A stretch of DNA of 51,492 nt, from contig CAMCJM010000001.1 of assembly GCA_945874835.1 (NCBI GenBank), positions 1 to 51,492 on the forward strand, given 5' to 3'. The notes beneath the pieces are model-generated. The model saw only the letters and a list, made by a program, of their open reading frames with translations. It searched no databases and was not told the origin of the DNA. Shown here in pieces: positions 29,603 to 41,117 of this stretch (position 1 is the first letter of the stretch; every line of letters starts with the position of its first letter). Position numbers and translations under genes: made by a program. This DNA is from Pseudomonas synxantha. GTDB lineage: Bacteria; Pseudomonadota; Gammaproteobacteria; Pseudomonadales; Pseudomonadaceae.

Positions 29603-30787
29603 TCAACGCTGGGCCAGCCAGCGCTCCGCCAGATTACGGGCACGGCCATCAGCCACCAGCACCGTATCCAGACATTCAACAGCCACAGCCGGCTCAGCTT
29701 GCAAAACGTGCTCGATGATACTCGCGATCTCAGGGAAGCGGATGCGCCGCTCAAGAAATGCCGCCACTGCCACTTCGTTAGCAGCATTCAGCATCGCCGG
29801 AGCAGTGCCCCCCGCTTGCGCGGCTTCGCGTGCCAGACGCAAGCACGGAAAGCGCAGTTCATCCGGCGCTTGAAAGTCCAATCGAGCAACGGCGAACAAA
29901 TCCAGCGGCGCCACCCCTGAGTCGATACGCTCAGGCCAAGCCAAAGCATGACTGATGGGGGTGCGCATATCCGGATTGCCCAACTGCGCCAATACTGAAC
30001 CGTCGACGTAATCGACCAGCGAATGAATCACGCTCTGCGGGTGCACCACCACTTCGATCTGCGCTGGGGACGCATCGAACAACCAGCAGGCCTCGATCAA
30101 CTCGAGCCCCTTGTTCATCATGCTTGCCGAGTCCACGGAAATTTTGCGCCCCATGGACCAATTCGGGTGCGCGCAGGCCTGCTCGGGCGTAACCGCATGC
30201 AATTGATCCAAGGGCATTTCACGAAACGGCCCACCCGATGCGGTCAGCAGTACACGGCGCACACCCACTTTATCCAGGCCACGGGCATAGTCACCCGGCA
30301 GGCATTGGAAAATCGCGTTGTGCTCGCTGTCGATCGGCAGCAGCACTGCGCCACCGCGCTTGACCGCCTGCATAAACAACGCACCGGACATCACCAGGGC
30401 TTCTTTATTAGCCAGCAACACTTTTTTTCCGGCTTCGACTGCCGCCAGCGTGGGCGGCAAGCCTGCTGCGCCGACAATCGCAGCCATTACCGCATCAACT
30501 TCAGCATGCGCCGCCACCTCACAAAGGCTCTGCGCACCATACAGAACCTCTGTGGGCAAACCTACGGCACGCAAATTGGCCTGAAGCTGCTGAGCCACAA
30601 CGGTATCAGGCACCACGGCGTAGCGCGGTTTGTGTATGACGCACAGCGCCTCAAGCTCGGCGACGCGGCTAAAACCGGTCAACGCAAAAACCTGATACCG
30701 ATCAGGGTGACGGGCAATCACATCCAAGGTGCTCAGACCAATGGAGCCGGTCGCTCCCAGTACAGTGATGTGTTGCACGACTGTCAC
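29603..30787 (-). CDS. dxr: 1-deoxy-D-xylulose 5-phosphate reductoisomerase
   Basis: Motifs [13 protein letters not shown] and PIDSEH; the GTG start overlaps the cdsA stop. Confidence 0.97.
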   Translation of the reverse strand: MTVVQHITVLGATGSIGLSTLDVIARHPDRYQVFALTGFSRVAELEALCVIHKPRYAVVPDTVVAQQLQANLRAVGLPTEVLYGAQSLCEVAAHAEVDAVMAAIVGAAGLPPTLAAVEAGKKVLLANKEALVMSGALFMQAVKRGGAVLLPIDSEHNAIFQCLPGDYARGLDKVGVRRVLLTASGGPFREMPLDQLHAVTPEQACAHPNWSMGRKISVDSASMMNKGLELIEACWLFDASPAQIEVVVHPQSVIHSLVDYVDGSVLAQLGNPDMRTPISHALAWPERIDSGVAPLDLFAVARLDFQAPDELRFPCLRLAREAAQAGGTAPAMLNAANEVAVAAFLERRIRFPEIASIIEHVLQAEPAVAVECLDTVLVADGRARNLAERWLAQR

Positions 30788-31599
30788 AACGTACCCCAAC
30801 CAGATAACCACAGCAGGGCAGCAAAGACAGGGATAGCGGCGGTCAGGCTGTCGATACGGTCCAGCACACCGCCATGTCCCGGCAGAAGATTACTGCTGTC
30901 CTTGATGCCGGCCTGACGCTTGAACATGCTTTCGGTCAAATCGCCCACCACCGAGATCATCACGACCAGCGCAGTACCGAGCAATGCCAGCAGCAGGTGT
31001 GTGATCGACCAGTCACGGTAAACGCCCACCACGGCACAGATCATCAGCGTGGCGAACAGGCCGCCAAAAACACCTTCCCAGCTCTTACCAGGACTGACTT
31101 GAGGCGCCAACTTACGCTTGCCAAAGCGCCGCCCGGAAAAATAGGCGCCTATATCCGCCCCCCAGACCAACACCATCACCGCCAGAATCAGCAGATTCGC
31201 CTCAGGCCATTGCTTGAACAGCACCAAGCCTTGCCAGGCGGGCAATAAAATCAGCAAGCCAATCAGCAGCCGGCTGGGTGCCGAAGCCCAGAAACGACTG
31301 CTGCGCGGGTAGCCAATAACCAGAAAGGTCGCCAGCGCCCACCACGCCACCGCAAGCAGCAGCACCCAAGGCGCAAGCATAGGCAGCCAATACAAGCCAG
31401 CCAACAACACCGCCACCAGCGCAGCAAAGCCTACGCGCTGCAGTTGCGCAGAAAACCCCGCCAACCGAGCCCATTCCCAACCGCCTAGGCTGACGACCGC
31501 ACCAATAAACAACGCGAACAACCCGCCATCCAGCAAAAAGAAGCCGCCCAAGGCAAATGGCAGCAACACCAATGCGGTGATAATTCGTTGTTTAAGCAT
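30784..31599 (-). CDS. cdsA: Phosphatidate cytidylyltransferase
   Basis: Motifs SPGKSWEG and [19 protein letters not shown]. Confidence 0.97.
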   Translation of the reverse strand: MLKQRIITALVLLPFALGGFFLLDGGLFALFIGAVVSLGGWEWARLAGFSAQLQRVGFAALVAVLLAGLYWLPMLAPWVLLLAVAWWALATFLVIGYPRSSRFWASAPSRLLIGLLILLPAWQGLVLFKQWPEANLLILAVMVLVWGADIGAYFSGRRFGKRKLAPQVSPGKSWEGVFGGLFATLMICAVVGVYRDWSITHLLLALLGTALVVMISVVGDLTESMFKRQAGIKDSSNLLPGHGGVLDRIDSLTAAIPVFAALLWLSGWGTL

Positions 31600-32354
31600 T
31601 ATTTACGCGCCTCAGCCACAACCTGCTCGCTGGTTTTCCCAAAGCGACGCTGGCGACTAGCAAAATCGGCCAGGGCTTTGCGCATGGCGTCGTGTTTAAA
31701 ATCCGGCCAAAACAGGTCGGAGAAATACAGCTCGGTATAGGCCAACTGCCAAAGTAAAAAGTTACTGATGCGATGCTCGCCACCGGTGCGAATACACAGA
31801 TCCGGCAACGGCAAATCGCCGGTTACCAGACACCCCTGAAGCAACTCCGGGGTAATGTCATCGGGGCGCAGATAGCCGCCCTGCACCTCACGCGCAAGAC
31901 GTTGAGCGGCCTGAGCGATGTCCCACTGCCCGCCATAATTGGCTGCCACCTGCAGGACAAAACGCCGATCGCCAGCGGTTTGAGCCTCTGCTTCACGCAT
32001 GGCGGCCTGCAATTCAGGATGGAAGCGTGAGCGGTCGCCGATGATGCGCAAACTGATGTCGTTGGCATCGAGTTTTTTTGCTTCACGGCGCAAAGCCCCG
32101 AGGAACAGCTCCATCAGGGCGCTGATTTCTTCGGCCGGGCGCTGCCAGTTCTCACTGGAGAAGGCAAACAGCGTCAGCACCTCGACGCCGGCCTCGGCGC
32201 ACACCTCGATAACAGCGCGCACCGCATCAACACCGGCCTTGTGGCCAGCGACACCGGGCAGCAGACGCTTCTTCGCCCAGCGGTTATTGCCATCCATGAT
32301 GATCGCCACGTGCCGCGGCACAGCGAGCGGAAGTCCGTCAGTTATTTTGTCCAT
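31599..32354 (-). CDS. uppS: Undecaprenyl diphosphate synthase
   Basis: Motifs IMDGNNRWA, FSSENW and RTGGEHRISNFLLWQ. Confidence 0.98.
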   Translation of the reverse strand: MDKITDGLPLAVPRHVAIIMDGNNRWAKKRLLPGVAGHKAGVDAVRAVIEVCAEAGVEVLTLFAFSSENWQRPAEEISALMELFLGALRREAKKLDANDISLRIIGDRSRFHPELQAAMREAEAQTAGDRRFVLQVAANYGGQWDIAQAAQRLAREVQGGYLRPDDITPELLQGCLVTGDLPLPDLCIRTGGEHRISNFLLWQLAYTELYFSDLFWPDFKHDAMRKALADFASRQRRFGKTSEQVVAEARK

Positions 32355-32370
32355 GGCGATAATCTGACCG

Positions 32371-32928
32371 TTAAACGGCCATCAGATCCGCTTCTTTCTG
32401 CTTCACCGCCACTTCGATTTCAGCGACAAACTTGTCCGTCAGCTTCTGGATATCGTCGGCGGCGCGGCGCTCTTCGTCTTCGCTGATTTCTTTCTCTTTC
32501 ACCAAGTCTTTCAATTGGCTCAGAGCATCGCGACGAATATTGCGCACCGCTACGCGACCGTCTTCAGCCGCATCACGGGCCTGCTTGGTGAAGCCCCTAC
32601 GTGTTTCCTCGGTCAGCGCCGGCATGGAGATCAGCAGCAGCTCACCCAGGTTGGTGGGGTTGAAGCCCAGGCCAGAGCTTTGAATAGCCTTGTCGACCGC
32701 TGCCAGCATGTTGCGCTCGAAGGCTACAACTTGCAGGGTACGGGCGTCTTTAACGGTGACGTTAGCCACTTGATTCAACGGGGTATCGGAACCGTAGTAA
32801 GGCACCATCACGCCGCCGAGAATGCTCGGATGCGCCTGGCCGGTACGGATTCGGCTGAAGGCATGAATCAGGGATTCCAGGCTCTTCTGCATGCGGACTT
32901 GGGCGTCTTTCTTGATCTCATTGATCAT
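32371..32928 (-). CDS. frr: Ribosome recycling factor
   Basis: Motifs [14 protein letters not shown] and AVRNIRR; 185 aa. Confidence 0.98.
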   Translation of the reverse strand: MINEIKKDAQVRMQKSLESLIHAFSRIRTGQAHPSILGGVMVPYYGSDTPLNQVANVTVKDARTLQVVAFERNMLAAVDKAIQSSGLGFNPTNLGELLLISMPALTEETRRGFTKQARDAAEDGRVAVRNIRRDALSQLKDLVKEKEISEDEERRAADDIQKLTDKFVAEIEVAVKQKEADLMAV

Positions 32929-33667
32929 GTTTATCTTCCTCAATCAGAGTGCCTTCAGCGCCGCCAACGACAACGTTCAGCAGGGCACCAGGCTTGTTCA
33001 TGTTGAAAACGCGCAGCGGCATATTATGGTCGCGGCACAGACAGATGGCCGTCAGGTCCATTACGCCCAGCTTGCGGTCGAGCACCTCATCGTAAGTGAG
33101 ACGGTCGAACTTCTCGGCATGCGGGTCTTTGAATGGATCGGCAGTGTACACACCATCCACCTTGGTCGCTTTGAGCACCACGTCGGCATCGATTTCGATG
33201 GCACGCAGACACGCGGCTGAGTCAGTGGTGAAAAACGGATTGCCGGTGCCAGCGGCGAAAATTACCACCTCACCGGTTTTCAGATGACGCAGCGCCTTGC
33301 GCCGGTCGTAGTGGTCAGTCACACCCACCATGGAGATGGCCGACATAACGATGGCCGGAATATTCGAACGCTCCAGCGCGTCGCGCATGGCCAAGGCGTT
33401 CATCACGGTGGCGAGCATACCCATGTGGTCGCCGGTTACCCGGTCCATGCCTGCTGCGCTCAGCGCCGCGCCACGGAACAAGTTACCACCGCCAATCACC
33501 AGGCCGACCTGTACGCCGATACCGACCAATTGGCCGACTTCCAACGCCATGCGGTCAAGCACCTTGGGATCGATGCCAAAATCTTCTGAGCCCATCAGGG
33601 CCTCGCCGCTAAGTTTGAGCAGAATGCGCTTGTAGCGCGGTTGACGACCACTCATCTGCTGAGCCAT
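32918..33667 (-). CDS. pyrH: UMP kinase
   Basis: Motifs [17 protein letters not shown] and FFTTD. Confidence 0.98.
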   Translation of the reverse strand: MAQQMSGRQPRYKRILLKLSGEALMGSEDFGIDPKVLDRMALEVGQLVGIGVQVGLVIGGGNLFRGAALSAAGMDRVTGDHMGMLATVMNALAMRDALERSNIPAIVMSAISMVGVTDHYDRRKALRHLKTGEVVIFAAGTGNPFFTTDSAACLRAIEIDADVVLKATKVDGVYTADPFKDPHAEKFDRLTYDEVLDRKLGVMDLTAICLCRDHNMPLRVFNMNKPGALLNVVVGGAEGTLIEEDKHDQ

Positions 33668-33780
33668 TGCGAGTCTCTCCTGCGGCGTTTGAATTCTTTA
33701 CGGGCCATTAACCCGCTCTGTCGAACGCTATTAAAGCGCTCAGGTGCATTACTGCAAACAACGCACCCTCCTTATTTTAC

Positions 33781-33812
33781 AAAGAGGCTGCGCGCGTAAG
33801 CGGGCAGCCTCT
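33781..33812 (-). terminator. tsf terminator-like hairpin
   Basis: Stem AGAGGCTGC/GCAGCCTCT followed by TT on the minus strand. Confidence 0.6.
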
Positions 33813-33835
33813 CCTGTCGACAGTAAGGAACCGTC

Positions 33836-34702
33836 TTATTGCTGGCTGGCGGCAGCTACTTGCGCAGCCACTTCTTCAGCGAAGTTGTCGACCGGCTTCT
33901 CGATGCCATCACCCACTTTGAAGTAGGTGAAAGAAACGATTTCAGCACCGGCTTTCTTGGCCAGAGCACCAACCTTGACTTCTGGATCTTTCACGAAGGC
34001 TTGCTCAACCAGGCTGGCTTCAGCCAGGAACTTCTGGATACGACCGGCAACCATCTTCTCGACGATTTCGGCTGGCTTGCCTTTGATCTTGTCTTCGTTG
34101 AGGCTCAAGAACACAGCTTTCTCGCGCTCGATAGCTTCAGCAGAAACTTCCGAAGGCAGCAGGAATTCCGGGTTGCTGGCGGCTACGTGCATGGCGATGT
34201 CTTTGGCCAGGTCGACGGTGCCGCCCTTGAGCACAACCACAACACCGATCTTGTTGCCGTGCAGGTAAGAACCCAGCACGTCACCTTCAATACGCACCAA
34301 ACGACGAATATTGACGTTCTCGCCGCACTTGGCGATCAGGGCCAGACGGGCTTCTTCTTGAGCAGCAATCAGCGGCTCAACTTCGGTCATTTTGTCAGCG
34401 AAAGCTTTCTCGACGCTGGCAGCCACGAAGCTTTTGAAATCTTCCTGCAGAGCCAGGAAGTCGGTCTGCGAGTTGACTTCGAGGATAACGGCGGCTTTGC
34501 CGTCTTCCTTGATGCTGATCGCGCCTTCAGCGGCTACGTTGCCCGCTTTTTTGGCAGCTTTGATCGCGCCGGAAGCACGCATGTCGTCAATGGCTTTTTC
34601 GATGTCGCCGCCAGCCTTGGTCAAGGCTTTCTTGCAATCCATCATGCCTTCGCCAGTACGCTCACGCAGTTCTTTAACCAACGCTGCAGTAATTTCTGCC
34701 AT
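33836..34702 (-). CDS. tsf: Elongation factor Ts
   Basis: Motifs [19 protein letters not shown] and NSQTDF. Confidence 0.99.
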   Translation of the reverse strand: MAEITAALVKELRERTGEGMMDCKKALTKAGGDIEKAIDDMRASGAIKAAKKAGNVAAEGAISIKEDGKAAVILEVNSQTDFLALQEDFKSFVAASVEKAFADKMTEVEPLIAAQEEARLALIAKCGENVNIRRLVRIEGDVLGSYLHGNKIGVVVVLKGGTVDLAKDIAMHVAASNPEFLLPSEVSAEAIEREKAVFLSLNEDKIKGKPAEIVEKMVAGRIQKFLAEASLVEQAFVKDPEVKVGALAKKAGAEIVSFTYFKVGDGIEKPVDNFAEEVAAQVAAASQQ

Positions 34703-34828
34703 TTCAAAATCCTCTGGATAGGTTGTTAACCATTCCACCCGCCGAGACGGGCGCTCAATTCATAACGCATTGCCGACAATGAACAGAATCGATTGCAGCT
34801 GTAAGTCGACAATGGTTTTCAAGGTGGC

Positions 34829-34853
34829 AAAAAGGGGGCCAAGCCCCCTTTTT
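34829..34853. terminator. rpsB-tsf intergenic terminator/attenuator
   Basis: AAAAAGGGGGC-CAA-GCCCCCTTTTT. Confidence 0.8.
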
Positions 34854-34884
34854 GCGCACTAAGCAAACGCTGTACGCGTTTTAC

Positions 34885-35628
34885 TTAGCCTTCAACAACT
34901 TCTGCAGCCGGGGCTTGCTCGACGAATTCGTCGGCGCCGCCGTTAGCGTTGGTGCGACCACGGATTACCGAGTCAGCCATTGCACCCATGTACAGCTGGA
35001 TGGCGCGGATGGCGTCATCGTTACCTGGGATGATGTAGTCAACGCCTTCCGGGCTGCTGTTGGTATCGACGATGCCGATAACCGGGATACCCAGCTTGTT
35101 GGCTTCGGTGATAGCAATGCGCTCGTGGTCAACGTCGATCACGAACAGCGCGTCTGGCAGACCGCCCATGTCCTTGATACCACCCAGGCTGCGATCCAGT
35201 TTTTCCAGATCACGGGTGCGCATCAGGGCTTCTTTCTTGGTCAGCTTGGTGAAAGTACCGTCTTGCGACTGAACTTCCAGATCACGCAGACGCTTGATCG
35301 AGGCACGGATGGTTTTGTAGTTGGTCAGCATGCCGCCCAACCAACGATGGTCGACGTACGGCGAACCGCAACGTGCTGCTTCTTCAGCAACAATCTTGCC
35401 CGCGGAACGCTTGGTGCCAACGAACAGGATCTTGTTTTTGCCAGCGGCCAGCTTCTCAACGAAAGCCAGGGCTTCGTTGAACATTGGCAGGGTTTTTTCG
35501 AGGTTGATAATGTGAATCTTGTTACGCGCGCCGAAAATGTATTTACCCATTTTCGGGTTCCAGTAACGGGTCTGGTGGCCGAAGTGCACACCGGCCTTCA
35601 GCATATCGCGCATGTTGACTTGGGACAT
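34885..35628 (-). CDS. rpsB: 30S ribosomal protein S2
   Basis: Motifs [17 protein letters not shown] and PGNDDA. Confidence 0.99.
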   Translation of the reverse strand: MSQVNMRDMLKAGVHFGHQTRYWNPKMGKYIFGARNKIHIINLEKTLPMFNEALAFVEKLAAGKNKILFVGTKRSAGKIVAEEAARCGSPYVDHRWLGGMLTNYKTIRASIKRLRDLEVQSQDGTFTKLTKKEALMRTRDLEKLDRSLGGIKDMGGLPDALFVIDVDHERIAITEANKLGIPVIGIVDTNSSPEGVDYIIPGNDDAIRAIQLYMGAMADSVIRGRTNANGGADEFVEQAPAAEVVEG

Positions 35629-35644
35629 GATAGTTCCTTGATAA

Positions 35645-35762
35645 GTCGGGTTAGGCCTCCACGTATCCCGATCTCCAACCCTGTGAACTTGCCACAAGGC
35701 ACCCAGGAAACCGTGTCGATACGTGTGTGGGTTTAGGCTTTCGGGCATGCTGCCCGTAAAGC
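35645..35762 (-). ncRNA. t44 / rpsB 5' leader (S2 autoregulation)
   Basis: CACACACGTATCG..GGGTGCC..GGGATACGTGGAGGCCTAACCC, matching the gammaproteobacterial leader pattern. Boundaries are approximate. Confidence 0.85.
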
Positions 35763-35778
35763 GGCGCGTTTTATATCA
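35762..35778 (-). promoter_or_regulatory. rpsB extended -10 promoter
   Basis: TG-A-TATAAA followed by the GC-rich discriminator ACGCGCCG. Confidence 0.75.
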
Positions 35779-35931
35779 TAAAGAGCTGACATAAGCTACA
35801 AGACTCAAGCAGCCCCATCGCAACCCCCGCCAACATAAGCTAACGCTTTTAGGCGTGTAGCCGACTTTGGGGCTTATGCCTTGTAGCTGCTAAGATAGTC
35901 GCCTTTTCCGTGAGCACCCGAGAGCCTGGCC

Positions 35932-36714
35932 ATGACCGTCACTATCAAAACCCCCGACGAAATCGAGAAAATGCGTGTAGCCGGTCGCTTGGCTGCCGAG
36001 GTTCTGGAAATGATCGGCGAGTACGTCAAGCCCGGCGTCACCACCGAAGAAATCGACCGCATCTGCCATGACTATATTGTCAACGTACAGCAGGCCATTC
36101 CCGCGCCGCTCAACTATAAAGGCTTTCCCAAGTCGATCTGCACCTCGGTCAACCATGTGGTTTGTCATGGCATCCCAAACGACAAGCCTCTAAAGGAAGG
36201 TGACGTCATCAACATCGACATCACCGTCATCAAAGATGGCTACCATGGCGACACCAGCAAAATGTTCATGGTCGGCAAAGTGCCTGAGTGGGCCGAGCGC
36301 CTGGCCAAGGTCACCCAAGAATGCATGTATAAAGGTATCGAACTGGTCAAGCCGGGCACGCGCCTGGGTGATATCGGCGAAGTGATCCAGAAGCATGCCG
36401 AGAAAAATGGCTTCTCTGTGGTGCGCGAGTATTGCGGCCACGGCATCGGCGCCGTTTTCCATGAAGAGCCGCAAGTCTTGCACTACGGCCGCGCCGGAAC
36501 CGGCATGGAACTGCAAGAAGGCATGACCTTCACCATTGAGCCGATGATCAACCAAGGCCGCGCTGAGACCCGCACATTAGGTGACGGCTGGACCGCTATC
36601 ACCAAGGATCGCAAGCTCTCTGCCCAGTGGGAACACACCATTCTGGTGACCGCCGATGGCTACGAGATCTTTACCCTGCGCAGCGATGACACCATCCCCC
36701 GCACGTCAGCCTGA
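35932..36714 (+). CDS. map: Methionine aminopeptidase type I
   Basis: Motifs VCHGIP, HGDTS, GHGIG, TIEPM and AQWEHT. Confidence 0.98.
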   Translation: MTVTIKTPDEIEKMRVAGRLAAEVLEMIGEYVKPGVTTEEIDRICHDYIVNVQQAIPAPLNYKGFPKSICTSVNHVVCHGIPNDKPLKEGDVINIDITVIKDGYHGDTSKMFMVGKVPEWAERLAKVTQECMYKGIELVKPGTRLGDIGEVIQKHAEKNGFSVVREYCGHGIGAVFHEEPQVLHYGRAGTGMELQEGMTFTIEPMINQGRAETRTLGDGWTAITKDRKLSAQWEHTILVTADGYEIFTLRSDDTIPRTSA

Positions 36715-36764
36715 CCCTTCGGGGCATTCTCACCGCGACTGTTCTTGTATTAAGGAAAGCTGTC

Positions 36765-39464
36765 ATGCCGCAGGTAGACCCCGAACTGTTTGACCGCGGT
36801 CAGTTCCAGGCGGAACTGGCCCTCAAGGCCAGCCCCATTGCAGCCTTCAAAAAAGCCATTCGCCATGCGCGCGAAGTGCTTGATGAGCGCTTCAAGAGCG
36901 GGCGAGAAGTTCGCCGTCTGGTTGAAGACCGTGCCTGGTTCGTCGATCAGATCCTGCGCGAGGCATGGGAGCGCCTACCTTGGTGTGAAGACGCCGATAT
37001 CGCCCTGCTGGCCGTCGGCGGCTATGGCCGTGGTGAGCTGCACCCCTTCTCGGACATCGACCTGCTGATATTGCTCGACAACGCTGATCACGAAACCTTC
37101 CGCGAGCCCATCGAGCATTTTCTTACCCTGCTCTGGGACATCGGCCTGGAAGTCGGACAAAGCGTGCGCAGTGTGGACGAGTGTGCCAGCGAGGCTCGCG
37201 CCGACCTGACGGTGATAACCAACCTGATGGAAAGCCGCACCATCGCAGGCCCCGAGCGCCTGCGTCAGCGCATGCAGGAAGTCACCAGCACCGAGCAGAT
37301 GTGGCCCAGCAAAGACTTCTTCCTGGCCAAGCACAAAGAACAGCGCGCCCGTCACGGCAAATACAACGACACCGAATACAACCTTGAGCCCAACGTCAAA
37401 GGCTCACCCGGTGGGCTGCGCGATATCCAAACCATTCTCTGGGTCGCACGCCGGCATTTCGGCACCCTTAACCTGCACGCCATGGTTGGCCAGGGCTTTT
37501 TGCTGGAAAGCGAATACGCCCTGCTGGCCTCCAGCCAGGAGTTTCTCTGGAAGGTGCGTTATGCCCTGCACATGCTCGCCGGGCGCGCCGAAGACCGCTT
37601 GCTGTTCGACCACCAAAGCAAGGTAGCCACCCTGCTGGGTTTCGAAGACAGCGACAGCAAACGCGCCATCGAGCGTTTTATGCAGAAGTACTACCGCGTA
37701 GTGATGGCGATTGCCGAACTCAGCGACCTGATTGTTCAGCATTTCGAAGAGCAAATCCTGCGTGCCGGCGAAATCGGCATGGCCACCCCGCTCAACAGCC
37801 GCTTTCTGCTGCGCGACGGTTACATCGAAGCGGCGCACCCCAACGTGTTCAAGCGCACGCCGTTCGCCATCATGGAAATCTTCGTGCTGATGGCCCAGCA
37901 CCCCGACATTAAAGGCGTGTGCGCCAACAGCATCCGCCTGCTGCGCGAGCATCGCCACCTGATCGATGATGATTTTCGCCGCGACATTCGCAACACCAGC
38001 CTGTTCGTCGAGCTGTTCAAAAGCCCCCAGGGCATTCACCGCAACCTGCGGCGCATGAACCGCTACGGCATTCTTGGCCTGTATCTGCCGGAGTTCGGCC
38101 ATATCGTCGGGCAGATGCAGCACGACTTGTTCCACATCTACACGGTCGATGCGCACACGCTGAATTTGATCAAGCACCTGCGCAAATTCAAATGGCCGGA
38201 ACTGGCAGAAAAATTCCCACTGGCCAGCAAGCTGATCGACAAACTGCCCAAACCCGAGCTGATCTACCTGGCCGGCCTCTATCACGACATTGGCAAAGGC
38301 CGTGGCGGCGATCACTCCGAACTCGGCGCAGTCGATGCAGAAGCATTCTGCGTACGCCACCAATTGCCCAGCTGGGATTCCAAGCTGATCGTCTGGCTGG
38401 TCCAGCATCACCTGGTGATGTCCACTACGGCGCAGCGCAAGGACTTGTCCGACCCGCAAGTGATCTTTGATTTTGCCCGCTTGGTCGGTGACCAGACGCG
38501 CCTTGACTACCTCTACGTGCTAACGGTGGCCGATATCAATGCCACCAACCCCAGCCTGTGGAACTCCTGGCGCGCCAGCCTGCTGCGCCAGCTCTACACC
38601 GAAACCAAGCGCGCCCTGCGCCGTGGTCTGGAAAATCCGCTGGACCGCGAAGAGCAGATCCGCCTGACGCAAAGCGCAGCCCTGGACATTCTGGTGCGCG
38701 GCGGCACCGACGCCGACGACGCCGAACAGCTGTGGGCACAACTGGGTGACGATTACTTCCTGCGCCACAATGCTGCCGATGTGGCCTGGCACTGCGAGGC
38801 GATTCTGCAACATCCCGCTGACGGCGGCCCGCTGGTGTTGATCAAAGAAACCACGCAGCGCGAATTCGAGGGCGGTACGCACATCTTCATTTATGCCCCC
38901 GACCAGCATGACTTCTTCGCCGTGACAGTGGCGGCCATGGCGCAGCTCAACCTGAACATCCACGACGCACGGATTCTTACTTCCACCAGCCAGTTCACCC
39001 TCGACACCTATATTGTGCTCGAAGACGAAGGCGGCTCAATCGGCGACAACCCCGCGCGCATCAAGGAAATTCGCCAGGGCCTGATTGATGCGCTGAAAAA
39101 TCCAGACGAGTACCCGAGCATCATCCAACGCCGCGTGCCACGCCAGCTCAAGCACTTTGCCTTTGCCCCGCAGGTGACCATCCATAACGATGCGCATCGC
39201 CCGGTCACCATCCTTGAAGTGACCGCCCCTGACCGCCCCGGCTTGCTGGCTCGGATCGGGCGGATTTTCCTAGAGTTCGACCTTTCGCTGCAAAACGCCA
39301 AGATCGCCACCTTGGGCGAGCGCGTGGAAGACGTTTTCTTCGTCACCGATGCCGCCAATCAGCCACTGTCTGATCCCGAGCTGTGCACGCGCTTGCAAGC
39401 CACCATGGTGGCGCAACTGTCAGACAGCTCAGGCCAGCCCGAACCCAGCCGAATCACTATCTAA
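36765..39464 (+). CDS. glnD: [Protein-PII] uridylyltransferase
   Basis: [18 protein letters not shown], an HD domain (YHDIGKG) and two ACT domains. Confidence 0.98.
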   Translation: MPQVDPELFDRGQFQAELALKASPIAAFKKAIRHAREVLDERFKSGREVRRLVEDRAWFVDQILREAWERLPWCEDADIALLAVGGYGRGELHPFSDIDLLILLDNADHETFREPIEHFLTLLWDIGLEVGQSVRSVDECASEARADLTVITNLMESRTIAGPERLRQRMQEVTSTEQMWPSKDFFLAKHKEQRARHGKYNDTEYNLEPNVKGSPGGLRDIQTILWVARRHFGTLNLHAMVGQGFLLESEYALLASSQEFLWKVRYALHMLAGRAEDRLLFDHQSKVATLLGFEDSDSKRAIERFMQKYYRVVMAIAELSDLIVQHFEEQILRAGEIGMATPLNSRFLLRDGYIEAAHPNVFKRTPFAIMEIFVLMAQHPDIKGVCANSIRLLREHRHLIDDDFRRDIRNTSLFVELFKSPQGIHRNLRRMNRYGILGLYLPEFGHIVGQMQHDLFHIYTVDAHTLNLIKHLRKFKWPELAEKFPLASKLIDKLPKPELIYLAGLYHDIGKGRGGDHSELGAVDAEAFCVRHQLPSWDSKLIVWLVQHHLVMSTTAQRKDLSDPQVIFDFARLVGDQTRLDYLYVLTVADINATNPSLWNSWRASLLRQLYTETKRALRRGLENPLDREEQIRLTQSAALDILVRGGTDADDAEQLWAQLGDDYFLRHNAADVAWHCEAILQHPADGGPLVLIKETTQREFEGGTHIFIYAPDQHDFFAVTVAAMAQLNLNIHDARILTSTSQFTLDTYIVLEDEGGSIGDNPARIKEIRQGLIDALKNPDEYPSIIQRRVPRQLKHFAFAPQVTIHNDAHRPVTILEVTAPDRPGLLARIGRIFLEFDLSLQNAKIATLGERVEDVFFVTDAANQPLSDPELCTRLQATMVAQLSDSSGQPEPSRITI

Positions 39465-39522
39465 CATGCCTTGAACGGCCCGGCAGACGCAGTGCCGGGC
39501 GCTTGCAAATCAGGAAACAACG

Positions 39523-40734
39523 ATGAACGACGCGTTAAATCAGTTGCAGCCCTACCCGTTCGAAAAGCTTCGCGCCTTGCTGGGCAGCGTCCAGGTCCCG
39601 GCGGACAAATCGCCGATAGCCTTGTCGATTGGCGAACCGAAACACCGCTCGCCGGACTTTGTCGCTGCGGCCCTGAGCGCCAACCTTGATCAACTGGCGG
39701 TCTACCCGACCACACTCGGCATCCCCGCGCTGCGTGAAGCAATTGCTCAATGGTGCAGCCGCCGTTTTGGCCTGCCGAGCGGCGTGCTTGACCCGGCGCG
39801 CCATGTGCTGCCGGTCAATGGCACCCGCGAGGCCTTGTTTGCGTTTACTCAGGCAGTGGTTAAGCGTGACGCCTCTTCACCTCAAGGGCCTGGCTTGGTG
39901 GTCAGCCCCAACCCGTTCTATCAAATCTACGAAGGCGCAGCCTTTCTCGCCGGTGCGCAGCCGCACTACCTGCCGTGCCTGGAAGAGCATGGCTTCAACC
40001 CGGATTTCGACGCGGTCAGCGACGATGTGTGGCAGCGCTGCCAGATCCTCTTCCTCTGCTCGCCCGGCAACCCGACCGGCGCGCTGATTCCGCTGCCGAC
40101 GCTGAAAAAGCTGATTGCCCTGGCCGATAAATTCGACTTCGTGATCGCCGCCGACGAGTGCTACAGCGAACTGTATTTCGATGAAGCCAACCCACCGGCC
40201 GGCTTGCTGACCGCGTGCGGCGAATTGGGCCGCCACGATTTCAAACGCTGCGTGGTGTTCCACAGCCTGTCCAAGCGCTCCAACTTGCCGGGACTGCGTT
40301 CCGGTTTTGTCGCCGGCGACGCCGACATTTTGAAGTCGTTCCTGCTGTACCGCACCTACCACGGCTGCGCCATGCCGGTGCAGACCCAGCTGGCCAGTGT
40401 GGCGGCGTGGAATGACGAGGCCCACGTCAAAGCCAACCGCGACCTGTATCGCGAGAAGTTCGACGCGGTGCTGGCCATTCTTGACGGTGTACTCGATGTA
40501 CAGCGGCCAGATGGCGGTTTCTACCTGTGGGCAAAAACCCCGATAGACGATGAAACATTTACCCGCGAGCTGTTTGCCCGCGAGCATGTCACCGTAGTGC
40601 CCGGCTCGTACCTGTCGCGCGCCGTGGCTGGCCACAACCCAGGTGCTGGCCGTGTGCGCATGGCACTGGTCGCGCCGCTGGCTGAATGCGTGGCAGCCGC
40701 CGAACGCATCCGTGATTTTGTGAAGAGCCTCTGA
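39523..40734 (+). CDS. dapC: Succinyldiaminopimelate transaminase
   Basis: Class I PLP aminotransferase motifs (SPGNPTG, DECY, SLSKRS) and synteny with glnD. Confidence 0.93.
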   Translation: MNDALNQLQPYPFEKLRALLGSVQVPADKSPIALSIGEPKHRSPDFVAAALSANLDQLAVYPTTLGIPALREAIAQWCSRRFGLPSGVLDPARHVLPVNGTREALFAFTQAVVKRDASSPQGPGLVVSPNPFYQIYEGAAFLAGAQPHYLPCLEEHGFNPDFDAVSDDVWQRCQILFLCSPGNPTGALIPLPTLKKLIALADKFDFVIAADECYSELYFDEANPPAGLLTACGELGRHDFKRCVVFHSLSKRSNLPGLRSGFVAGDADILKSFLLYRTYHGCAMPVQTQLASVAAWNDEAHVKANRDLYREKFDAVLAILDGVLDVQRPDGGFYLWAKTPIDDETFTRELFAREHVTVVPGSYLSRAVAGHNPGAGRVRMALVAPLAECVAAAERIRDFVKSL

Positions 40735-41078
40735 TGAAGACCCTGTACGGCATCAAAGCCTGCGACACCATGAAAAAAGCCCGCACCTGGCTCGACGAGC
40801 ACGGGGTAAGCTACGCCTTTCATGATTACAAAGCCTGCGGCATCGACCGTGGCAACTTGGAAAAGTGGTGCAACGAGCATGGTTGGGAAACCGTCCTAAA
40901 CCGCGCTGGCACCACCTTCCGCAAGCTGGACGAGGCGCAGAAAAGCGACCTCGATCAGCACAAGGCGATCGAACTGATGCTCGCCCAACCGTCGATGATC
41001 AAACGCCCGGTGCTGGATCTCGGCAACAAAACACTGGTGGGCTTCAAGGCCGACCGTTATGCCGCCGAACTGGCTTGA
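40734..41078 (+). CDS. ArsC/Spx-family (YffB-like) protein
   Basis: Motifs YGIKACDTMKKA and PSMIKRPV. Confidence 0.9.
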   Translation: MKTLYGIKACDTMKKARTWLDEHGVSYAFHDYKACGIDRGNLEKWCNEHGWETVLNRAGTTFRKLDEAQKSDLDQHKAIELMLAQPSMIKRPVLDLGNKTLVGFKADRYAAELA

Positions 41079-41117
41079 GCCAGTCGGCCCACACGAATTT
41101 GCGTTAAGGAAAACAAC

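Noticed and set aside
32918-32928. 11-nt pyrH/frr overlap as a possible frameshift
   Set aside because: Both proteins are full length and only the variable PyrH tail is affected.
39478-39500. GC-rich hairpin between glnD and dapC
   Set aside because: It is an 8-bp stem without a U tract or REP signature, too weak to assign a function.
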